From Bacteroidota bacterium (lineage in GTDB: Bacteria > Bacteroidota > Bacteroidia > Chitinophagales > Saprospiraceae), in contig JAKOXM010000302.1 of NCBI GenBank assembly GCA_029781095.1, positions 1 through 63,633 on the forward strand: 63,633 bases of DNA. The letters are read 5' to 3'. A program made the translations under genes and the position numbers. Within the stretch, counting starts at the first letter, position 1. Every line of letters begins with the position of its first letter. Shown here piece after piece: positions 58,023 to 63,633 of the stretch. Below the pieces are notes generated by a model, which had not been told where the DNA came from, made no database searches, and worked only from the letters and a program-made list of their open reading frames with translations.

Positions 58023-59765
58023 ATGGAAACAAAAACTTTACTCTCGCAATCCGGTATCCTGATCACCATTTTCCTTATTCTCGTGCCACTCGTGATCGCT
58101 GCCGTCCTGGTGATGATCAAGGCGGACACCGTGATCAAGAACTACCGGCGCAGACTGGCTTTGGCCGCGTCTGAAAAGCGGATCAAAAGCCTTTCAGCGG
58201 CGGAGCTGGATCAATTGCAGCAGCGCAAAGCAGAGCTGGAATTTTCTTTGCAGCACAACGAACTGGGCGGCACCCTGGCGGCGGCTGACAAGACAGGCCT
58301 GATCAACGGCATCGATACCTCGCCGGGGCTGCATTTTATCGAAACCAAAAAACGGGCGCAACCCAAACACGATATGCCGCCGGATTTAGTCAGGCTTATT
58401 ACCTGGTACCTCGGCTGTGCGGTATTTTGGCTGGTGTTTGGCACCACAGCAGGTGAATATCTCGGGATAAAATTTTCGGCTCCCGATATCGACCACGCCC
58501 CCTGGCTGAGTTTCGGAAGGCTGAGGCCCGTTCACACGAACGCCGTGTTCTGGGGCTGGGCCTCGATCGCCATGACAGGCCTGGCGTATTATGTCGTACC
58601 GCGCATTTGCAATGCGGCCATACACAAGGTCCGATGGGGGTATCACGCGCTCCTGGCTATGAATGCCGCCGTTGTGCTCGGTTCGCTCCAGTTGATGGCC
58701 GGCGTGAATAACGGCGGCGGCGAATACCGCGAATATACCTGGCCTGTGATGGCTATTTTTGGCTGCGGCATCCTGCTTACCCTGTTCAATTTTATCAAAA
58801 CGATTGGCCGGCGAACCACCAAGGAGATCTATGTCTCCAATTGGTATGTGATCTCTGCCCTGATGTTTCTGCTCGTCATCGCCTTCGTGGCATATTTTCC
58901 TGCGTGGCAAAACGGTTTGGGCGAGACGATCATACAAGGCTATTACATGCACCAGGGCGTCGGCATGTGGTTCATGCTGTTTTGTCTCGGACTGATGTAT
59001 TACTTCCTGCCGCAGCAGTTGAACAAACCCATTTATTCATACGGTCTGGGAATCCTGGCTTTTTGGGCGCAAATACTGTTTTACACACTTATTGGTACAC
59101 ACCACTTTATTTTCAGCGCTATTCCCTGGTGGCTGCAGACGGTTGCAATTGTCGGCAGTGCAGGAATGGTCATCCCGGTCATTGCCGGTACGACCAATTT
59201 CCTCATGACTTTCCGGGGCGCCTGGAATAAAGTAGCGCACAGTTATACACTGCCTTTTTATTTGATCGGTATCATATTTTATTTCACCGGCTCACTGCAG
59301 GGAACGGCAGAGGCATTCCGGTTTACCAACCTGTTGTGGCATTTTACCGATTTTACGGTTGCGCACTCCCACCTAACGATGTATGGAATAATCACATTCA
59401 TGTTGTGGGCTTTTATTTATACGCTTATGCCCAGGCTCACCGGCAACGAACCGTCGCAACTTGCAGTAGGGGCGCATTTCTGGCTCGCCTTGATCGGACT
59501 GCTTTTTTACACCATTCCACTCATGATCGGCGCTACCTTCAAAGGTATGATGTGGATGGACGGTAAACCGTTCATAGAAAGCGTGGTGCTGATGAAACCA
59601 TACTGGCTTTGGCGGGCGATAGGCGGCTCTTTAATGTGGTTGTCACATTTGGTATTTGCCTGCAATTACTACGTTATGATAAAAGGAAGAAATGAAATAC
59701 AGATGCCGGAATCGGCCATCGATATTTTAAACGCAAGGGAACAAATGGATCTGCAGACAATCTAA
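58023..59765 (+). CDS. ccoN: cbb3-type cytochrome c oxidase subunit I (CcoN) with a TM plus coiled-coil N-terminal extension
   Basis: FGRLRPVHTNAVFWGWASIAMTGLAYYVVPR and HFTDFTVAHSHLTMYG. The ATG at 58023 is preferred. Confidence 0.85.
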   Translation: METKTLLSQSGILITIFLILVPLVIAAVLVMIKADTVIKNYRRRLALAASEKRIKSLSAAELDQLQQRKAELEFSLQHNELGGTLAAADKTGLINGIDTSPGLHFIETKKRAQPKHDMPPDLVRLITWYLGCAVFWLVFGTTAGEYLGIKFSAPDIDHAPWLSFGRLRPVHTNAVFWGWASIAMTGLAYYVVPRICNAAIHKVRWGYHALLAMNAAVVLGSLQLMAGVNNGGGEYREYTWPVMAIFGCGILLTLFNFIKTIGRRTTKEIYVSNWYVISALMFLLVIAFVAYFPAWQNGLGETIIQGYYMHQGVGMWFMLFCLGLMYYFLPQQLNKPIYSYGLGILAFWAQILFYTLIGTHHFIFSAIPWWLQTVAIVGSAGMVIPVIAGTTNFLMTFRGAWNKVAHSYTLPFYLIGIIFYFTGSLQGTAEAFRFTNLLWHFTDFTVAHSHLTMYGIITFMLWAFIYTLMPRLTGNEPSQLAVGAHFWLALIGLLFYTIPLMIGATFKGMMWMDGKPFIESVVLMKPYWLWRAIGGSLMWLSHLVFACNYYVMIKGRNEIQMPESAIDILNAREQMDLQTI

Positions 59766-59774
59766 AGCCTTCTT

Positions 59775-60782
59775 ATGGAATTCTTCAATCAACACACCAA
59801 ACTGTTTGGCGCGGCCCTGAGTCTGTTTTTGTCTCTGACGCTCGTCGTAGCCATTTTACCGGCATGGAACAACCAGCAAAACAACAAGCCGTTACCCGGC
59901 GCCCGTTCATTGACGGCAGATGAAATGGAGGGCAAGAAAATATACATCGCCAACGGATGCGTGGCCTGCCACAGCCAACAGGTGCGCAATGTGGACATGG
60001 ATAAAGTATTCGGCGACCGCCCGAGCATTGCCGCCGATTTTGCAGGGGTTGTCCGGACGGATTTATGGAGCAACACCGCCACCTTGATGGGCACCGAAAG
60101 AACCGGCCCGGACCTGATCAATATCGGCAAGCGCCAGCCAAGTATGGCCTGGCACCTCTTGCACCTGTACCAGCCGCGCGCCGTAGTAGAGCAATCGATC
60201 ATGCCCGCCTATCCCTGGCTGTTTGAAGTCAGGGAAAAGACGGGCCCGGAGGATGTGGAAGTAACTGTGCCGGATAAATACCGGTCAGGCATATCGGGCA
60301 GGATTGTTGCCACAAAGGCAGCCCTGCAATTGGTAGCATACCTGCAAAGTCTCAAACAGCAGGCGTTGCCCGACGGAAGCCCGCCCGCCGATTTTCTGTA
60401 TAAAAAAGAAAAAACCGGCTCTGAAAGCACCGGCAATTCTTCACTGCCCGATGGGGCTCAATTGTACGTGCAAAACTGCCAGAGCTGCCATCAGGCAAAT
60501 GGCGAGGGTTTGCCGGGCGCATTCCCGCCCTTAAAGGGAAGCCCTGTTGTGAATGGTAATGACCTCGATTTGTATGTGAATATCATTATGCGAGGCTACG
60601 ACCCCAGACCCGAATATGCTTCCATGCCGGCAATCGGCCTGGTCAACGGGCTCTCCCCGGAAGAAGTGACGGCTATCATCAATCACGAACGTTCGAGTTG
60701 GGGCAATAATGCCAGACCCGTTTCGCCGGACGAGGTAAAAAAGATTATGGACTTTATTCTTTTAACAGAAAAACAACAATGA
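59775..60782 (+). CDS. ccoO: CcoO-like monohaem subunit fused to an additional class I cytochrome c domain
   Basis: N-terminal TM helix. First haem site IANGCVACHSQQVRN with ERTGPDLINIGKR...SIMPAYPWLF (FixO-like). Second haem site CQSCHQANGEG ... MPA. Confidence 0.75.
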   Translation: MEFFNQHTKLFGAALSLFLSLTLVVAILPAWNNQQNNKPLPGARSLTADEMEGKKIYIANGCVACHSQQVRNVDMDKVFGDRPSIAADFAGVVRTDLWSNTATLMGTERTGPDLINIGKRQPSMAWHLLHLYQPRAVVEQSIMPAYPWLFEVREKTGPEDVEVTVPDKYRSGISGRIVATKAALQLVAYLQSLKQQALPDGSPPADFLYKKEKTGSESTGNSSLPDGAQLYVQNCQSCHQANGEGLPGAFPPLKGSPVVNGNDLDLYVNIIMRGYDPRPEYASMPAIGLVNGLSPEEVTAIINHERSSWGNNARPVSPDEVKKIMDFILLTEKQQ

Positions 60783-60807
60783 CATGAAGACAAGATTATT
60801 ACGCCAC

Positions 60808-60925
60808 CGGACATTTTTCTCGCAGATTTTACGCAGATTAATCCTCGCAGATTTCACACAGAAAATTCTGCGTAAAATCTGTGCGATTCTCTGTGTGAAA
60901 TCTGTGCGAAATAAAAATGTCCGGC
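60808..60925. repeat. Compound palindromic element with interleaved arm pairs (CGCAGATTT family)
   Basis: Outer arms ccggacattttt (60808-60819) and aaaaatgtccgg (60914-60925) are perfect. Inside lie A cgcagattttacgcaga (60821-60837), B cgcagatttcacacaga (60846-60862), A' tctgcgtaaaatctgtgcg (60867-60885) and B' tctgtgtgaaatctgtgcg (60890-60908). Confidence 0.75.
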
Positions 60926-60978
60926 AGTTTGCAAAAATTTTCACCGTCCTGTTATGCGTCACTGCACAAACTGTTGCA

Positions 60979-61182
60979 ATGGCTTGCCCCGTATGTGAAA
61001 AACAACAGCCCAGGCTGTTGCGCGGGATCACCCACGGCGCCGGTCCGGAATCCGAATGGGACTGGATCATTGTTGGCATTTCCCTGACGATCACCCTGTA
61101 CACGTTCTTTCGCTCATTAAAATTGCTCGTCCGCCCGGGTGAAAACGAGCAAAGCCATATCAAACAATCGATCCTCTTCTAA
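60979..61182 (+). CDS. Possible small membrane protein in the cbb3 cluster
   Basis: MACPVCEKQQPRLLRG... followed by one TM helix WDWIIVGISLTITLYTFF. The upstream half of the ORF-track ORF (60784-60978) is the palindromic repeat and is unlikely to be coding. Confidence 0.25.
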   Translation: MACPVCEKQQPRLLRGITHGAGPESEWDWIIVGISLTITLYTFFRSLKLLVRPGENEQSHIKQSILF

Positions 61183-61202
61183 CCGATTCAAGCCCTTTTG
61201 TT

Positions 61203-61607
61203 ATGCACACGGAAAAAAGCAAAGTGTTGATTTTTATCGACGATCATCCGCAGCCGGTTGCAGCATTGCAAACACCGGTAAAGTTTGAAATGGATACCCG
61301 GAAACTGACCGACGGCGAGCATCTGATGAAGATCGTCAGCAAGTCCCCCACAGGGCGGGAAGGGATTCGCCTGATAAAATTTATTGTCCGCAACGGCCCG
61401 TCGATCGCCCTGGAAGGGCTAAAGGAAGATGAGGTAGTGGATGGCGTCATTCCGTTGCTCATCAATGCGTACGACAAAGGCAATCAGAAATCATTTGTAA
61501 TCGAAGGAAGTGAAACGCCCCATAGCGTACCCAGCTGGCTCTGGATATTGTTGATTGGCTTTTCCGGGTGGGCCATGTTCTATTGTGTTACCAGTTTTCA
61601 TTTGTAA
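61203..61607 (+). CDS. Hypothetical C-tail-anchored protein (beta-rich domain plus C-terminal TM helix)
   Basis: C-terminal helix SWLWILLIGFSGWAMFYCVTSF. No recognisable family. Confidence 0.4.
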   Translation: MHTEKSKVLIFIDDHPQPVAALQTPVKFEMDTRKLTDGEHLMKIVSKSPTGREGIRLIKFIVRNGPSIALEGLKEDEVVDGVIPLLINAYDKGNQKSFVIEGSETPHSVPSWLWILLIGFSGWAMFYCVTSFHL

Positions 61608-61750
61608 AAAGATGGGAACAGGATATCTTTTTGCCTCCTCGATATCCGCAAACTTCAAGTCATGCAATTTGGTAAAAAATACAAAACCTGTTGTGGAAGC
61701 CCGGCTTATTCCGCTTATGTGTAATAGCCGCAATTTCCGCTTGCTGTTGA

Positions 61751-61953
61751 TGGCACACTGATGACACGGATCGGACTGATTTACACTGCCTCAAGCGAAG
61801 TTGCAGAGAAATCTGTGTATATCTGTCTGATCCGTGTCATCAGTGTGCCATTGCCTGATACGCAGATTTAACTGATTCGCAATGTCGCCAATCGGATTTG
61901 CCGAGAAAAAACCGTGTGAATCAGTTAAATCCGTGTTCTCAGTGTGCCATTTC
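61751..61953. repeat. Two consecutive hairpins plus a trailing half-site between convergent genes
   Basis: tggcacactgatgacacggatc (61751-61772) pairs perfectly over 22 bp with gatccgtgtcatcagtgtgcca (61829-61850). gatttaactgattc (61865-61878) pairs with gaatcagttaaatc (61918-61931). An extra half-site tctcagtgtgccatttc lies at 61937-61953. It shares cgcagattt / aaatctgtg words with the 60808 element. Confidence 0.75.
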
Positions 61954-63633
61954 AAATCTGCTTCAAATAACTCAGTTTCACGATCGCATGATCCTCCACC
62001 TGCCGGACGCTCAAATCATCATGAAAATCGAATTTGTTCAGCACGATGTACAGGTACGACAGCGGCGCGTACTCCCATGACAGGCGAATATTGTAGTTTT
62101 TGGAGCGGTCCTCCGCATTTTGCTGATAAAACCCGATCAGTTGCAGCCGTGGATTGAGCGCAAGGCGCCCTTCGATACTGTACAGGTCGACGGTTTTCGT
62201 CACCTGCGGCGCGCCGACCTTGTCGAAACGGTTGCGGTTGAAGCGACCCGAGAGCGACAGGTGCGGCGAGGGCGCGAACTGCAAAGTGCAGTCGACCGAG
62301 GTCAGGCGGCCGTTGAAATAGGTGCCCCAGTCGACCTGCCCGAGCAGGTTGACGATCTTCGAAGGGTCGGTACTCAACCAGACCTGCTGCCGGAAAAAAT
62401 GGTAATCGGCCGCATCGATGTGCACACCCAGCGGCTCGAAAGGCTCCGTCAGGCCCTGGTAAATGGGATTGACGGAATAGCCGAGGTAGCCGCCGTTCTG
62501 CAAATTGAACCACAGGGGGAAAAACCACATCTGCCGCTCGATCAGTTTGCCCGTCGACGCCTGCCAGTAAAGTTCGGGCAGAAAGCCGGGCTCGAAGGCG
62601 CGCAACGCCTTGCGGAACGGCAGCAGGCTGCCCCGGTAAAACCAGTTCATGCCCGTGGAGGTGCCGATGATGTCTTTCCGCGCGACAAAGCCGGTTTCCG
62701 GGTTGAAATCCTTCGTCACGACCGACTGCGTGAACCAGATCTTGTGATGGTTTGTCGAGTGGTAGTATTGCGCGATACCGGCGAAGCCGGGCTTGTCGAC
62801 GGCGCCGCCCGTGGTGTGCATGACGAAAGCGTTCACCGACTGCGCTTCGCCGAGGCGGAAAAAGCCGTCGATCGTGCTGACAACATTGGAGCCGTCGGGG
62901 CGGTTTTTGACGGTCAGCATGCCTCCGATGCGGTTTTGCTCGCCGAAATTCCGGGAATACCGCCCCACGAAAAAGTTGGTGCCCGGATTGTCGTCGAGTT
63001 TCCGCTGCCGCATGGCGATGGCGCCGAAGTTCTGCCGGTCCGAGCGGTAGACGATCCGCCCGCCTGCATCGATGGGAATGGGCCGCCCGGCGTCGTCGAG
63101 GCCGATGGTACGGCTGAAAAAAGGCTGGATGCGCATGGAACCGCCCGAGCCGTCGGTGGCCGGGCCGACGTTAAAGCCGAACAACGAGGCGTTTTCGAGA
63201 AAAAACTGCCGGCGTTCGGGGAAAAACACCGAGAAGCGCGACACATTGTTCACCTGCCGGTCGGCGTCGGCCTGCGCGAAGTCGGTATTTGCGGTCAGGT
63301 CGAGTACGGTATTCGTGTTGATGACCCATTTTACGTCACCGCCGGGTTTGAAGTGGTTTTCATCCGACTTCGCGTCGGTATCGGGCGTGCGGAAGCGGTC
63401 GTAGGAGTAGAGGACATAAGGCTGCAGGCGGATGTTGGGGCGCGGCGGCGGCGGTTGCAGGTTGCGGAGCAGGCCCGCGTAGTCCATGCGCGTGGCTGTG
63501 AAGGCGCGGGGAAAGGGCGAAAAGGACGTGATCTCGTTGGTAGAGCGGCGGTTGCGATACAGGTTGAAGCCCCATTGCTGCAGCGTATCCGCCGACTTCG
63601 GGTAGCGGAACGTCTGCCAGGGAATGGCGATCT
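61952..63633 (-). CDS. Partial CDS (C-terminal about 560 aa; continues past the right edge), DUF5916-like outer-membrane or carbohydrate-binding family protein
   Basis: The frame stays open upstream of the ORF-track Met (63487) to the window end (...IAIPWQTFRYPKSADTLQQWGFNLYRNRRSTNEITSFSPFPRAFTATRMDYAG...). The internal stretch RIQPFFSRTIGLDDAGRPIPIDAGGRIVYR resembles DUF5916 proteins. The family call is tentative. Confidence 0.45.
   Translation of the reverse strand, partial: IAIPWQTFRYPKSADTLQQWGFNLYRNRRSTNEITSFSPFPRAFTATRMDYAGLLRNLQPPPPRPNIRLQPYVLYSYDRFRTPDTDAKSDENHFKPGGDVKWVINTNTVLDLTANTDFAQADADRQVNNVSRFSVFFPERRQFFLENASLFGFNVGPATDGSGGSMRIQPFFSRTIGLDDAGRPIPIDAGGRIVYRSDRQNFGAIAMRQRKLDDNPGTNFFVGRYSRNFGEQNRIGGMLTVKNRPDGSNVVSTIDGFFRLGEAQSVNAFVMHTTGGAVDKPGFAGIAQYYHSTNHHKIWFTQSVVTKDFNPETGFVARKDIIGTSTGMNWFYRGSLLPFRKALRAFEPGFLPELYWQASTGKLIERQMWFFPLWFNLQNGGYLGYSVNPIYQGLTEPFEPLGVHIDAADYHFFRQQVWLSTDPSKIVNLLGQVDWGTYFNGRLTSVDCTLQFAPSPHLSLSGRFNRNRFDKVGAPQVTKTVDLYSIEGRLALNPRLQLIGFYQQNAEDRSKNYNIRLSWEYAPLSYLYIVLNKFDFHDDLSVRQVEDHAIVKLSYLKQI

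Noticed and set aside
60784-60978. The N-terminal 65 codons of the 132-aa ORF at 60784-61182.
   Set aside because: This stretch coincides with the compound palindrome at 60808-60925. The repetitive peptide (ILRRLILADFTQKILRKICAILCVKSV) is a by-product of the DNA repeats. Only the part from the ATG at 60979 might be real.
60808-61953. A possible CRISPR array suggested by the recurring short repeats. The same applies to the other repeat loci.
   Set aside because: The repeats are inverted rather than direct, number only two to four copies, have no regularly sized unique spacers, and no cas genes are present.
1-63633. tRNA, rRNA, tmRNA and RNase P genes.
   Set aside because: I recognised no T-loop/acceptor-like GGTTCGAATCC-type segments and no rRNA-like conserved blocks. 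A tRNAscan-SE or Infernal run is needed to be certain.

Overview
This 63.6 kb window looks like chromosomal DNA from a Bacteroidota (Cytophagales-like) genome. That taxon call is an inference from gene content: a T9SS-type C-terminal sorting domain, a PorV/PorQ-like barrel, bshA, a CarboxypepD_reg-type TonB receptor, many lipobox lipoproteins, and a LytTR two-component pair. About 50 protein genes are supportable, and most are housekeeping: asnS, panD, pckA, greA, ybeY, aroE, trhO, a 2-oxoacid dehydrogenase E2, proline dehydrogenase and a cbb3 oxidase. I recognised no rRNA, tRNA, CRISPR array, transposase or integrase.

The main finding is a compact three-gene minus-strand locus at 30002-37134. 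It encodes (i) a SIR2-fold-like protein with a C-terminal helical adaptor-like module, (ii) an nSTAND-type P-loop NTPase followed by one transmembrane helix and a TPR-like tail, and (iii) a 1286-aa lipobox-bearing protein with about 20 WD40 repeats. I read this as a candidate trans-envelope NTP-dependent conflict or defence system whose architecture I do not recognise as characterised.

Secondary observations:
- A varied set of palindromic elements built from short tandem sub-motifs sits at gene 3' ends.
- A TonB-like receptor, a 1355-aa T9SS cargo and a PorV-like protein form an apparent operon.
- An orphan G+C-rich SWIM zinc-finger gene lacks its usual partners.
- A roughly 700 bp stretch looks like decayed genes.
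- The cbb3 oxidase genes have an unusual layout.

All functional calls come from motif recognition by eye. No database search was run. Hand-counted coordinates of small elements may be off by a few bases.
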